Assembly (NCBI GenBank): GCA_030390025.1
Contig: CM059430.1
Span: 42,222,001-42,286,000, forward strand
Reading direction: 5' to 3'
Length of the DNA: 64,000 bases
Source of the DNA: Squalus acanthias
Lineage: Eukaryota
The notes beneath the pieces were generated by a model that saw only the letters and a list, made by a program, of their open reading frames with translations, was not told the DNA's origin and ran no database searches. This document shows, piece by piece, positions 23,021 to 36,959 of the stretch. A program made the translations under genes and the position numbers. How positions within the stretch are numbered: the first letter of the stretch is position 1; each line of letters starts with the position of its first letter.

Positions 23021-24842
23021 TGTAGATATTGTAGAGAAGATTCATTGAATATAATGATGTATTTATGGTGTGCAATTAGGATTAGAAGTTTAGCTAAATT
23101 AAAGAAAGCATTTTCATTTTATTTAAGAAGTTTTAAACAAGAGAAGTCAAGGCCGAGAAAAGGCTATTGAACACCTTGAAGCTCATTCCTCTAATATCAT
23201 AACTCCCAACATTACATCTGGCTAAGTTTTGAACATTGATTATGTTTGCGTCTTTGCCAGCCTGCTTGGCAACTTGCTGTAAACAATTATCACTCCTTGA
23301 ATAAATTGATCAGCTTTCCTGGTTTACTTTGAAGTAATAATCTGGGTTTACCATATCTATACCCGTCGGAGCCTACTTTCTGGACCATAGAGCTCGAGAT
23401 TCTCTAATCGTTCCTCATAACTCGAGCTTCTATTTGTTCCAGTTGGACAGTCAACAGCTGATTTTATGAAACCGAAAGTAAGAATGAAGGAAACCATTTT
23501 AACAATCAAAAAGACCATGAATTTCTGTTGTTTAAGGATGGACTTGAAAAGTACTTAAAGGGGAAAGAAGCTGTAAGGTTAGTTTTATTCAAAGTTTGCC
23601 CCTTTTTTATAGAGAAAATTATATTCCTACAGGAATATAATTTTTATTATACTTTTATATAAACTTTTATCATTGCCCTAGAAATTATCTAGTAGCGTCT
23701 CATTCCCTGCAAGGCTGCTTTGATCCCATCAATTATGGAGAACAGTCCCATTTGCCCAAATTGGCTCTAAGAGAAACAGCCGGGGATGCAACTTCAAACT
23801 GGCCTGAGGCCTGCTCTGAAGTCATCCAACACGGGGGAAAAAATGCTTATAAGCTAAGTCAAAATAAATATCTGTTAAGAGTATTATTTTTTTTTAAACT
23901 CTCTCTAGCCCTAAAGCTCATAATCCAGCATCAAGTCAGCCCTGTGATGATCGCTACCATCCAGCAAGTGGCTGCACCATGGCCTTCATCCGAAGTGCCC
24001 CCCAGATAAAGATGGGAGAGTACAGAGCTAATCTGGTGAAGTGTACTGGATTTCAGTCGGGTGCATTTGACAGCTGGCAGATCAGCTGTTACAGCATGAG
24101 CCGATCTTGTTGGCAGGATAAGGGAACTTGACAAGAAAAATGTAAAAAAAAAACTTTTGGTTTTATCAGTTGCAGTGGAACAGTCAAAATGGTTTTTTTT
24201 AAAAAGCGCCAGCAATTTTCAAACACTGGAATCTGGAATGAACTGGATCTAATGATCGTAATCGGTTGGACACCTATAAGGCCTGATTTGATCCTAGTAA
24301 CTTCAGACCTCCGCTACACCCTCCATTTTCTTTGCAACATTGAGTACTTGCAATGTGAGTGGGTCTGTCTGTTCTGGGAGGAAGGGAGGCTGGTTGATAT
24401 TTGTTCGGAGACCCTTCGTCAGAGTTCAGTGCAGGTGGGGTCTGGATCCTCGGTGTAGAGCCAAATTCTTCCACATCCCACCGTGCTTGGCTTGCATTTT
24501 CTGTTTAAATTTCATTTCTGTCGCATCTTCAGTTTGCTTTTTTTTAATGTATTTTCTTTCTTTTTTTTTTACTTCCCATGCATTTGTTGTACATGGACCT
24601 CTCGTGACTTTTCACCCTCCCCACTATTTGTACATTGTTTGTTGGGTGCTATTCAATATAGTATTTTGGTGTTTGAGCTTTTCATAGAAAGAGAGTGGGA
24701 GCCATGTCTTCCATTTGGTCAGTTTACGCTCCATTTATGCTGTAGCTACCATGAGACCAGTAGCTACAGAATCCATTCCAACCCGGCCAGCACCTTGCTT
24801 ATATTGCTGGGCTCTGACTTCAGCTCTTAGGGGGGGGGAAAA

Positions 24843-25294
24843 AAAGACTTACATTTATATAGCGCCTTTCACAACCTCAGGACATCCCAAAGTGCTTTAC
24901 AGCCAATGAAGTACTTTTGAAGTGTAGTCACTATTGTAATCTAGAAAACAGCCAATTTGTGCACAGCAAGCTCCCACAAACAGCAATGTGATAATGACCA
25001 TATAATCTATTTTTGTGATTGAGGTATAAATATTGGCCAGGACACCGGGGATAACTCCCCTGCTCTTCTTTGAAATAGTGCCACGGGATCTTTTACGTCC
25101 ACCTGAGAGGGCAGGCGAGGCCTCGGTTTAACGTCTCATCTGAAAGACCTCGCCTCTGACAGTGCAGCACTCCCTCTGCACTGCACTGGAGTGTCAGCCT
25201 ACATTTTTGTGCTCATGTCTCTGGAGTGGGACTTGAACCCACAACCTTCTGACTCGGGTGAGAGTGCTGCCAACTGAGCCACAGCTGACACGGC
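24843..25294 (-). mobile_element. SacSINE1/DeuSINE-type SINE, near full length
   Basis: Minus strand has a tRNA-like head (GTGGCTCAGTTGG...GGTTCAAGTCC), Deu-like core (GGGAGTGCTGCACTGTCAGAGG...TGAGACGTTAAACCGAGG) and L2-like tail (GGCGCTATATAAATGTAAGTC). Confidence 0.85.
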
Positions 25295-27204
25295 TTCGGC
25301 CCAGTAGAGAGCCCTGCACATGTAGGCTTAAAAATGTGCAGACTCTGCAAGCCAACTTTTACACCACAGTGGAGTATTAAACTTGCTCGGCTTGACGCAG
25401 CCTCCCCATAGTGAGCTGACACTGCTGCCCGCCAGAGTTGGGCCTGGAGTTTTACTGTTGCTTTTGCATCACTGTGAAGTGGAACTGGCTTCTCTGCAAC
25501 ACAAGTGTCAGTGTAAATCTGCCTTCAGAGTTTTGTTTGTGCAGGCTTTGGCTGATTTACAAATGTGCTTTCACCACTTTAGTGTCTTTTAAAAGTAAAG
25601 TCTTTGGAAAAAGTATGTTTTTTTAAAACCTTGTTTTGCCGTTCTTAATGTATTAGTTTTTTAAGGCATCCTCTTGAGTACTGACAACCTTGTCGAGGGA
25701 ACATGGGTTCATAAGTTATTAGTGAACAGTGATGTTGGGGAACTGAAATGGTATTGACCGATACCGAGATTTTCAACAATCTTGTCAGTTTGTCGGGATA
25801 CATCTCCTAGGTAGTGTTGGAAACGAGCAGTACTGTATGGCCCCTGCTTGTTTTTCTAACAAAGAAATCAAATGTACATAGCAGCTATCCACCTTTTACA
25901 TTGCTGGTCTCCAGTCATTGCATCCTTTTATTCTAGCAGTATTGTGCACTTAAGGTACATCTTGGCACCAGGTTGCTGAACTTGTAGTCAAAAGTTTCGA
26001 ACTGATAGTTTTAAACTAGTGACAGACTTGCACTAATAATATGGCATGTCCTGGTACTGGACCTTTACTGGCTTGGACCTACTGCAGCTCCCTGTCAGAT
26101 TCTAATGCCCACCCACATTATTTTGCAATAATGGAAACTTCTAGAAATGTGAGGTTTTATTAGAGTTTGAAACCAGTATGAAAGTAATAAATACAAAAAA
26201 CTTGCAAACAAAATTTTGAAGACACAAATTGAAAATTGACCATGTTTAATCTGTACTGTACTCTTTTTTCTCCATATATTTTTTTTAACTGATGCTTATC
26301 CCATCTCACATTGCCTTTCAGTGAACTGACACTGTCTTCCGCTGTGAGGCCTTTTTGAGCCTTTCCCTTTTTTAATAAAATCAACAAATTGATCACTACT
26401 GACGATTCCAGGAAGGTGGTCATGTGTATGGATATTAGGTGAGAGCATAAATCAAGCTTGGCTGTGATGCTCCCTACAGTCAAATAGTGTATCGACACTT
26501 GCTTACAAACTGTCGAGTGTACTGGAGGGTTGGCAATGTCCACAAAGCTGTACCCCACTTCCCTTCAGAGAGCAGGGAGAAATGGGTGGGTGGGGGTGGA
26601 ATTGTGCGGAGGGAGAAGGTGGTGGTGTGTTGCTGTCCCACTGTATGGAGTGGTGGGCCGTGAGCTACACCTGCAGCTGGAAGCTCACTGAAGGAGATAA
26701 AAATCAGAGGGAGAGTTCCCCGCAGCCTACTCACATCCTCTTGGCTACTTTCAGAGCTGCATTGGCAAATGCCAGTGAGAAAGTCGGGTGATCTGACCAC
26801 CTTGGCCTTATGTGACACGTGGAGACCCACTTGAGGAAGGAGAGGAAAAATAATTTAAAAAAGAAAGGATCTTGCTCTGAAAAATTGTCTTGAGATTGTA
26901 CAATCTTCTAGGTAAAAACAAGCTGCTCTGAATTTGAGAGTGCAGGTAATTAGATGTGAGCAGTATGCATGGTGTTTGAAAGTACAACTTGTATTGTGCT
27001 GCAGGTTCTCCAATGTACGGTGGCTATAATGAGTCTGTGATGCTAAATGCTATTCCTAAAGAGAATCAATCATAAATTAATGAACTACTGGCATGAAGGC
27101 TTCCTAAACTATTCTGTGATGTGGAGATGCCGGTGTTGGACTGGGGTGGACAAATGTGAGAAGTCGCACAACACCAGGTTATAGTCCAACAGCTTTATTT
27201 GAAA

Positions 27205-27241
27205 TCACAAGCTTTCGGAGCGCTGCTCCTTCGTCAGGTGA
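27205..27241 (-). ncRNA. Minimal hammerhead ribozyme motif (antisense)
   Basis: Reverse complement reads TCAC-CTGACGA-A-GGAGC(AGC)GCTCC-GAAA-GC-TT-GTGA. Confidence 0.75.
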
Positions 27242-27243
27242 AG

Positions 27244-27281
27244 TCACCTGACGAAGGAGCAGCAGCTCCGAAAGCTTGTGA
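27244..27281 (+). ncRNA. Minimal hammerhead ribozyme motif (sense to CHD9)
   Basis: TCAC-CTGACGA-A-GGAGC(AGCA)GCTCC-GAAA-GC-TT-GTGA. Confidence 0.75.
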
Positions 27282-28567
27282 TTTCAAATAAAGCTGTTGG
27301 ACTATAACCTGGTGTAAACTATTCTGAACAGCTTAAAAAAAACAGTAGTATGCATCTTCAGTTGGTTACAGGATGCCAGTGAAAAGCTACAAATAAATCA
27401 CTGAAAGTACCGTATGAAGAGACTTGTGTGGGGACATTTGTATCTAACTGTAGCCCAAGGGCAGCAGATTTGGTTCAAGTTTCAAAATCTTTGGAAAATA
27501 GCACCCTGATTGGTCTGTAATTAATAGCACACTGAAACTAACACCTGCTTTTAATTTGCTGGGGGAACTGAAACAACTTCCTGCAATGTACAGAGGTGAT
27601 TTGCATTTTAACTGTTTACTTTTAAAGCATGTTCCAGTGAAGCCTTTGAGGTACAAATTTTGTATTCATTTTTTGGGAGGCTTTGAATCTGTTCAACTGT
27701 CCATGTAGCACACACAAAAAGAAACCTGTGCGTGGGATGGTTCAATTTCAGCAATGTGACCCACTGCTAAATGTTGCATTGATCTGCCTGCCCACTTACA
27801 GATTTTATCTAGCTCATTTTATGGGTCCTCTTCAGACTGGACTCCCCTCACCCAACTCTTCCCCCCCGCCCCCGGACACACACATGTTAGTATTGTCTGC
27901 ATGCTGGATCAACTTGCTTTGAGTTTCTGAATCCAGATCATTAATTTAAACTAGGAAGAGTAGGGGTCCCAATGCTAATCCCTGGGTCATTCCATTCACT
28001 ACTACATCAACCTTCAAGATTAAATTGAATAGGTGGATGAAAGAAAAGGGATTAACAGATTCTGACAACCTGGCGGGTAAATGTGATTAGAACTATTGGC
28101 TCATGTGGAGGGTAAACACTGATAGACCTGTTGGGCCGAATGGCCTGTTTTATGTTGTAATTTCTATGTATGTGGTACAGGTCTATTCCACCTTTTAGTC
28201 CTCTGATCCAGTAAGTGTCTGACAAATTGCCATTCCTACCCTTGCTCGCGTATTGAGGGAAGGAGCACCAGACAGCAATATAATTGTTTAAAATGTTGGC
28301 TTTGTATTTTATTCTTTTCTGATCTCTGATTGGCACTTCCAGTTAAACTATTCATTCAACTTCCTCGCCCTCCTACCCAGCGAGGAAATCACTTAGCCAG
28401 TCAGGCAAAAACATAGCTGCTGCATAAATTAGATAGGTTGGTGCCCCACAGAAGAGCGTGGCCAGGTGGTAAACCATCTAAAATGGCAAATTCAGTTTCT
28501 TCATCTTGAGCCTCACAGCAGACGATCTCCTGCCACCAATTTCCGCCAGCTCTGTGAAGAAAGTAAT

Positions 28568-29332
28568 GGGCCAGAAATTCGGCTCTCCGGCTTCCCGCGG
28601 GTGCCAGAATCGCGCGCGTACTTACATACCGCGCCTGCCGTTGTGCTTCGGGCCCGCGTGGAATTCGGCTTCTGGGCCTCCTGCAGCTGCTGGCGCGCAG
28701 TGCTTGCGTATCCCAGGGGCGCAGTTAGTTCGAAGCGTCCCCTGGGATCACGTGGGCCATGGAGAGCCAATCGGAGCAGGGAATCTTCATTCATAGATTT
28801 TGACAGGAAGACCTGTCAAATCTATGAATAGAGATCGGCCCCAAAACCTCACTATAAACTTCAAATAAAAAAAATAAAAAATCACAATTTTAAAATAACT
28901 ATAAATTACGTAAATTAACTACTTTAAACAAAAATTTAAATTTTTGAAAAAATTAATTACACTTTTTAACGGTGCTAAAAAAAAACTTACCTTTCTTTAA
29001 AGTATGTAAAAAAGATAAACCTGTTGAAAAAATGTTTAAATTGTACTTAATTCACCACTTACCTTGTTAAAAGCAGGCCTTGCGCCTCCTTTTTTCCTGC
29101 GCAGCTTCTCCGTACTTACCCTCACGGAGAAACCTGAAAAAAAAACCGAAGTTCGCTGCGTACACGCTGCCTCTCCGGCGTACGCGTTCGACCTCTGAAC
29201 CCCTTCCTTCAGGGGGACGGAAGTTCCGGTTTCCAGCGCATGCGCAGTGCATGCGCGAAACCGGCACTTTCGTTGGGTCTACGGGTGAGTACCCAGCGCG
29301 TACTCACCCGTGGAGACCCGAATTTCTGGCCC
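28568..29332. mobile_element. Non-autonomous Harbinger-like DNA transposon
   Basis: Perfect 15-bp TIR GGGCCAGAAATTCGG; CpG-rich ends with an AT-rich core; related in inverted orientation to 62439-63101. Confidence 0.75.
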
Positions 29333-31308
29333 AAAATTCATAGGCATCCCCTTGGCACAAAGATGTCGAGCCAGGTGATGGTAGATATTTTTGTAGCTGA
29401 GGTGGTTCTTCAGGTCTTCAAGACAAGATCTTTATTTCTGCAGCACTCTAGCAGTATTGAGGAAGGTTCTAGTTTATTTTGCTGTTGTGGTAAGCCAGAT
29501 CTTTGCTGCCTTAATTCCTGGTATCTGAAGCAGTCCTTGCCAGTTCAAAAGATGCAACAGCCTGAAATGATTACTCACAGCAGGTCCTTCACCTTTGGTG
29601 TCTGGTGTGAGCATTGTGTGCGTGTATGTTCTACAATGGGCCTATACCCCATGTAATGTGGAAGCCTGGAGCAGGAAGCCAGTTTGTGTCCTTGCCTTCT
29701 ATTTCAGGTATTGATATTTTTACATTTTTGGCCTCTCTTTTTCAGGTTTATCATGTTGATATTCTCCAGCTTGTGCTCAAATAAATGCCCTTTTACCTTC
29801 ACTGCTGTTTCCTTGGTATTAAAGATTAAATTTTCAGGAGTCAGCGTGTCCTGTACATACGGGGATGTTAAAACCTGAAATATTAAATTGAGTAATGCTG
29901 AAGTTATTGATAAAGTGCAATTACTCAGTCATTCGTTTTTTCCCAGTACACAAATATTGGCAGTTGGGAGGTTTGTATTTGGATATATATATATATAATC
30001 AGATTGGCCTAATAAAGATTGCATATTCTCTTCAATAACCAACTTGGCTGGGTAATTGGATCTGATCTGTGCTGGAGCAAATGAGGGGCTGCTAAAATAG
30101 TTTGAAAAGCTGGTGGAGAGTTTGGCTTTACTTGTGATAATTGTCTGCTTCACTATTCTGCAAAGCTTTTATCTGCCAATGCTGAAATACTGTAATTCAG
30201 TTCAGCAGGCTCCAGGAAAGAGAAATCCATATTTTGCTCTTGAAATCAGTACAGCCCAAAGACAGTAGTGCACCGAATGAAGATGGTCTAGTCCATGCCA
30301 CCATCCTCTCCAAAATAATTATTCAAGAATGCGCATTTAGGGCGGTATCTAATTTGTCAGTCTGTAAATACTAGAAAATTCAGTGCATAAGCTGCACTTT
30401 CACAGAAGATTGTATGATCTGTTAACCTGAAAGCAAGGCACCTGCTTTTAAGGTAAGTTTGTATGTACAATATATTTTAAAAATTCAGATTTGAAACTGA
30501 TTCAACATGATATCCAAGTCACTTTGTATTTGTTTTTATTATTTAAACAGACAGAAGTCTGTTGGAGCTGGAAGTGCTCGTGGTGGAACAAAACTATAAC
30601 TGAACTCTGCTTTGACAGCCTCAGCGAATTACAGTCTCCATCTATCAGTGCAGGCCAGTACTGGAAGAATCTATGACACGTATTTATCTAAATTTAACTT
30701 TTCACTTGCCACCTACAACCAGAAGTGAATCTGATAAAAGTCCTTTTATTTTAAGTAAAAGCCTTTGGTAGAGCTGAGGATCAGTAGGGCAGAAGAATCA
30801 ACTCTGACGAAACAAAAGATAGAAAAGACTCCACTAGTTGTTTAGCACCATGGTAAGACATCTAAAACTGATCATATGTTCCCCTCAGAATTTCAGATTA
30901 CAACCTTCCTTCTCTTGTCAGTGGTCCCCTCATTTATGTTTTCTGTTTTATTGCTAATGAGTTAAACAGTCGGTTGAATTTCCTGTCTGCATGCATAATT
31001 TAGTATCTGCTCATTAGTATTAATAAGGCACCATTTATGTGAAAGAGGAACCCATCGTGTTCATACAGAATGAGTGTGAACATGAAAGAAAGGGATTCCT
31101 AATGTCAGGACTGAACTTAAAGATGTGTATATGCAGTTTTGCCTCCCACCAAAACCACCAGTGGTGCGATTAAAATCTTCCTCCCCATTACCTCCATCCA
31201 AACACCATGCATTCATGGTTGCCAGTTTAGATTATGGGTCAAGATGAAGGAAGGTTCCAATTGGCTGATGGCCATTTTAAATGCACCACCTCGTTCAGTT
31301 ACTGGCCC

Positions 31309-31763
31309 GTTTCACCAGAATGATACCGGGGCTTAGAGGGTTAAATTATGAGGACAGGTTGCATAAACTTGGCTTGTATTCCCTTGAGTATAGAAGATTG
31401 AGGGGTGATCTGATTGAGGTGTTTAAAAAGTTAAAAGGATTCGATAGGGTAGATACAGAGAAACTATTTCCTCTGGTAGGGGGAATCTAGAACAAGTGGG
31501 CATAACCTTAAAATTAGAGCTAGGCCATTTAGGAGGGAAATCAAGAAGCACTTTTTCGCACCAAATGTAGTAGAAATCTGGAACTCTCTTCCCCCAAATA
31601 GCTGTGGATGCTGGGACAATTGGAGCTTTCAATACTGAGATCGATTCATTTTTTGTTAGATAAGGGCATCAAGGGATGTGAAGCTAAGGTGGGTAAATTG
31701 AGTTGAGGTACAGATCAGCCGTGATCTAGGGGCTGAATGGTCAACTCCTGTTCCTATGTTCCT
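31309..31763 (+). mobile_element. CR1 LINE 3' fragment
   Basis: RFTRMIPGLRGLNYEDRLHKLGLYSLEYRRLRGDLIEVFK; CR1 tail. Confidence 0.92.
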
Positions 31764-32475
31764 TTTCATGGTTCTGCAGTTGAGCTGATGCTCTGAGGAA
31801 CTGACTGAATTCTGTCAGGAGAGAAGTATATTTTTCATACAACATGCACATATTCAGTGTTTCTGTCTATATTACAACAGTGACTACACTTCAAAAAGTA
31901 TTTCATTGGCTGTAAAGCGCTTTGGGACGTCCGGTGGTCGTGAAAGGCGCTATATAAATGCAAGTCTTTTTACAATTCTAATTAGTTTCCCTACGAACAT
32001 TGTGAATTTTTGGCCTTTGAAATCCTATGTTTTTTACAAAACGTAACTTGAGAGAGACCATGTTGCTTGTAACTCGCTGCTAGGAGGAATACAAACATAG
32101 CCTGAGATGACTTGACTTTTTTAAACTTACCATTTATTTATGCACTTTTCTCCCCTCTGGGGAAATGTCTGGCCTACAATTGGTTCCGTCTATTTGAGTA
32201 TACAACCAAGATGAGGAACTCACTACGTGGAGTGTCCCAGGCGGGACCTTGCTATGGCCATGGCACTGTTTAAGTGCTCTGATGTCTCATTGTTGGAGTA
32301 TTTGTAAAATATGTGATTATTATATACCACTCAAGTAGAAGTGTGCAAATTTCAGAACACCGTCTGAGTTCTGAGCTGCTTGCAGTAACATGCCATGCAC
32401 ACACCAAAATACCCAAAGGGAATAGCAAATCACAGCTTATTACATTGGAAAGGTATTGAGGTAGTTAAAATAGTA

Positions 32476-32608
32476 CAACAGAAAATGCTGGAAACATTCA
32501 GCAGGTTAACTCTGTTTCTCTCTCCACAGATGCTGCCTGACCTGCTGAGTGTTTCCAGCATTTTCTGTTGTTGTTTCAGATTTCCAGCATCCACAGTATT
32601 TTGCTGTT
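32476..32608 (+). mobile_element. Penelope-like family 2 short insertion with a 5' inverted segment and a 15-bp TSD
   Basis: GTAGTTAAAATAGTA is duplicated at 32461-32475 and 32609-32623. The first ~30 nt are an inverted copy of internal sequence. Confidence 0.75.
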
Positions 32609-33528
32609 GTAGTTAAAATAGTATTTTATTTCTTTATTTTAAGGATTTCACTGCAAAGAATAGAGATATTCCTTTCCAGTTTATTTTTTTTAATGCAATT
32701 TATAATTTGGGGCCTTGATTATTTAGTGTTTGCTGGTGACAGGTTTACGCTTCTAATCTCAAAGTATGTTATGCAGAAATAGTTCCATTTATTATGACTT
32801 AAAAATTAACCTTTTGAAGTACTGATTTAGATAGTCCCTGATCTACCAAAATGTGTACTAATTTGACAAATTTGCAAAAGCGCAAACTCACTGGTCCACA
32901 TGGACCGACGGGAGATGCAACTGTCTGATCTGTCAGCAGATTTAAATACTGGCTGAGGGAATTGGTGCCTTTAGCAATTTCAAGGTCGAATCACACCGAG
33001 AACATTAAATACAGTTCTACATTTAGAATGACTCCCAAGCAGCTACAAATGTGGTACTCTGTGTAGCAGTGAGAACTCCTACCATCTGGCACATTACACC
33101 GCATAAAAATGGTATGATGCAGTGGAAAGCTTTCACTAATCTTCAAAATAATTATAACTGTTATTGATAAAGAAATTAATTTTAGGAATTCCCTTTCAAT
33201 TCATTTCTTTCTCATACCAATCTGTACATAACTAAATTCACTAATTTTTTCAGCCTGAACGTTACACATTTTTAAAAAAGGTGAAATTCAATACAATCAG
33301 TATTCAGTTTCAGTTTCAAATGTGTCATGTGTATTTTGCAGTTTTTTAAAAAGATGTTTTCTTTAACTCCCCATTTTCCTAACTGGGAAGCCAGAGTGGG
33401 CTAGTCTGCAGTTTTTTTTACACGTGGATAGTCCGCATCATCAGCAGGAAGGTGTGTTTAAGTTGTGCAAGAGGGGAATTGTTGGTTAGTTTTCCTTTAA
33501 GCAATGGGACAGATTCCTAACACATGAA

Positions 33529-33954
33529 GCTGCTGCCTGTATTCTAACTCGCACCAAGTCCCGTTCACCCATCACCCCTGTGCTCGCTGACCTACATTGG
33601 CTCCTGGTCTGACATCACCTCGATTTTAAAAATTCTCATCCTTGTTTTCAAATCCTTCCATGGCCTCGCCCCTCCTTATTGCTGTAACCTCCTCTTGCGC
33701 ATCCCTGATTTTCATCGCTCTACCATTGGTGGCCGTGCCTTCGGCTGCCTAGGCCCTAAGCTCTGGAATTCCCTCTCTACCTCCCTCTCCTTCTTTAAGA
33801 TGCTTCTTAAAACCTACCCTTTTGACCAAGCTTTTGGTCACCTGCCCTAATATCTCCTTATGTGGCTCGGCGTCAATTTGTCTGATAACGCTCCTGTGAA
33901 GCACCTTGGACATTTTACTAAGTTAAAGGTGCTGTATAAATACAAGTTATTGTT
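33529..33954 (+). mobile_element. L2 LINE 3' fragment
   Basis: Highly similar to 19518-19975. Confidence 0.9.
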
Positions 33955-34496
33955 CATCTAGCGGCCACACTCAATGCCAAAAAGCTGGTGGTTTTGAACT
34001 TTTGACTTTTTGGTTGGAGTGATTTCTTGAACTACTGGCTGCTTGTAATTTCATATAACTTTGATATGACTAACAAACTCACTACTTCTTGTTTGGTTTT
34101 CTTCCGCATCCAACCATGTATGTATTTAGGAGCTGCCCCGACGCGCCACCCCCCAAGACCCCTACCTGGCTGTATTCTGGCAATATTGCTGAGGGAATTA
34201 CGAGAATTCCAGATAGTGAATAGAATGTGGAGCTTGAAGCTCAGTTTGGGGCAAACAAATCGCTGATATTTTGTGCAGTCTGGTTTGGCCTGAGCGAGCA
34301 GACAGGAAAAGGGATGGGAGTTGGTGGCAAGGATATGGAGCTTTTGGCAAGTCTGAAAAGGATAGCTTTGGGTTTCCTGATGTTCAGTTGGGGGAAATTT
34401 GGCAATTGGTGTCTCTGCTGCACCATTAACATCTGTTCACCTGCATAGTGTTACAACAGTTCCTCATGCAGTATGGTGCAGCTCATTCCTGCTTTA

Positions 34497-34909
34497 CAGG
34501 AAACTTTCGTTTATCCGGCACCCAAATATCCGGAATTCTCGCTTAACCGGCAAAAATCATCCTCCGAAAACTCCTCTCAAATAACCGGCAATGTTGCCGA
34601 GTCGCAGTCGAGTCTCCGCGAACGCCGAGTGCTCCGAAAAATCCTCTCAAATAACCGGCAATGTTGCCGATCCCGAGTCCGAGTCCGAGAACGCCGATTT
34701 AGTCAGTAGGGGTACTTTTCAAAAGTGCCACTACTCGGCCTCCTGGCGCAAGTCCGAAACATTGCAGTAGCAGGAGTAGATTCTCCTGTGCTGCTTGGAG
34801 TCTCTTTGTTAAAAATAGACTCGGTAGATATAACTCTCTGTTATCCGGTACTTTCGATAAACCGGCACCACGCCGGTCCCGTCGATGCCGGATAAACGAA
34901 AGTTTCCTG
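34497..34909. mobile_element. Tigger-like MITE, family A
   Basis: TA TSD; perfect 24-bp TIR CAGGAAACTTTCGTTTATCCGGCA; internal ~40-bp duplication; CpG-rich, so probably young. Confidence 0.85.
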
Positions 34910-36959
34910 TATTTTCCTTTTTTTCTCTTGAACTTAAAAATAATACGGTAAATATATATAATTGCTTTTTCTAAAAGACTGGGGATATTTATGTGAGAGT
35001 CTGCTTGTCTTCTATGCTTTCCTTTCCCTTTTAAGTCAGTCTGGGCCACACTTTCTCCCCAGCAACTGGTTACTGATCAGCAATGATAAAAGCCTAGGAG
35101 TGGGTCACTGGAGCATCATCCCAGCAAGTGATTAGTGTGTGGTATGGGACTCTAAAGAGAGGAAGATAATTAAATGGGAAAGTGAATTTTCAATAATTCT
35201 AGCAATGTCAGAGTTATTTTTTAATGCTCATGAACAAGGTATTTTGTTAAATTCCTGTTTCTCAGTTGTATAGTACTTAAAAGAAATTGTTGAAGCTCTG
35301 ATTCTTTACAATTTACCATTTTAACCAATCCATTGGAGGGAAAGGAATCTCATTTTACTTTCACAAGGGCAGTTTAATAAACAGAACATGGCACCAAAAT
35401 TTGTTTATTTAAACTCCAGGTGCCAAATTCTAAGGATTCTTCACTTTTGTAATTCATGTTTTTTGGAGTTTAGTTTTAGTATATCACTTAAGGTATCACC
35501 TGTTAATAAGGTTAAACACAGTAATTTCTCTCAAGTGGATAGGCCGATGTGTTGCAAACTGTGCTGGCTGATGGTCTGTATAAGTGACATTCTGAAAATT
35601 GTTTACCTTGAGTCACTTGTAGTTGAGCGTTGTGTTGTACAGGCTAGAACAGCTAATGTTCTGATAGTGCTTTGTTTTTGTTTGTTCTGTTGCTACAATG
35701 ATCTGGGTGTCATGTTTTATGAGAATTGAATGTTGATTCAAACGATTTATCTGTAGGAAATGTATATGTAAACTATAGCCAGATAGTAGTAAAGCTTGAT
35801 TGGTTCTGATTACCTTTGTCATTGTCTTGGACTCTGCCTCTCTTCCCATTAACTTTTTCTCCTCTTCCCAAAACCTGGATATGTTCAGTCCATTTAACGA
35901 TGTGAACCTTTAATATTTTGCATAGATTTTATTTCTCTCTCTCCAGTTTTTTGCCACTCCCTCCCCTCCAGCAGATGCCAACCATCTCACTCGTCTCACT
36001 CACCCTCTGGTGCTTCCTACACGTGACCATAGTTCATGGGTTAACCTTGACCGTGAGTACCAGAAGTCATTTGCTGGTGGAGGGCATCACAACTGACCTG
36101 CTCTTGACCTCGCCTAGTGTTCACACACGCTCTCTTCCATTAGGGGGTCTCTCTAGACAGATCAGGAGTGAGGACATCTGTCCCTTTCTTCCTCCCCTCC
36201 CCATATCCTAACCTGGGGTGCCAGGACCAATTGCAAAAGCCCCAACTTGGATCAGTTAACTCCGTGCAAACTGGGTATTGAACTTGAGACCTTTCCGGTC
36301 TACTAAATAAGTAAATTACACCTTCTCACCACACATTTAAAAATACTAAATAGCTGTAACCTTTCCATAGCTTTTGTATTCTCTTAACTGTCACTGATTT
36401 TACTATAAAAAAAAATAAGCAGCAACCTTTTTTAAAATATATTTAAAAAATCTGTGAGGTTGTCATTGTCTGTCATTACAGACAGGACTGATGTTCAACA
36501 AGATCAGCTTGGAACAAAAAAACTGATCCCTAGAAGCAATTAAATGAGGTTGAAATGTTAAACAATATCCTATGCGTCATCCATTATTATTATAATGAAT
36601 GCATTATTACAAAATCAGCAGTTAAAATGTCATTTCCCGGGCAAAATTTTTTTAATTATGATATTTTCATTGAAGTGAAAGGAGGATTTCTGCGAGTCTG
36701 TTGTCTGAATTTAAATGGAGTCAAAAATAATGAAAATAACAAAGAAAAGAAAAAAATGGCAATTTCGCTTTGTTTGTTTTTCCTGTTATGTGAAATAGTT
36801 ATTGTAAGATCTTTGCTGGTATCCCTTCAAGATATATTTTTTCTAAAATAATGTAGAATTTTCTTATCTATGTAGAGTTGCCCTAAAAGTCGGAACAGCT
36901 ATATGTTTACAGAAAAAGGATTTAGCCATTACGATAAAAAGGGGAGAGCGAGAGATGCA

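Larger units (their letters stand above)
27117..27314. mobile_element. Penelope-like pLTR insertion with inverted arms and a 12-bp TSD
   Basis: Arms 27172-27241 and 27244-27314 are reverse complements apart from a 1-nt indel. TAAACTATTCTG is duplicated at 27105-27116 and 27315-27326. Confidence 0.85.

Noticed and set aside
28466-29343. CpG island promoter or GC-rich ORFs (also 21924-22761, 55605-55931 and 62439-63101)
   Set aside because: The CpG richness is confined between TIRs of non-autonomous DNA transposons.
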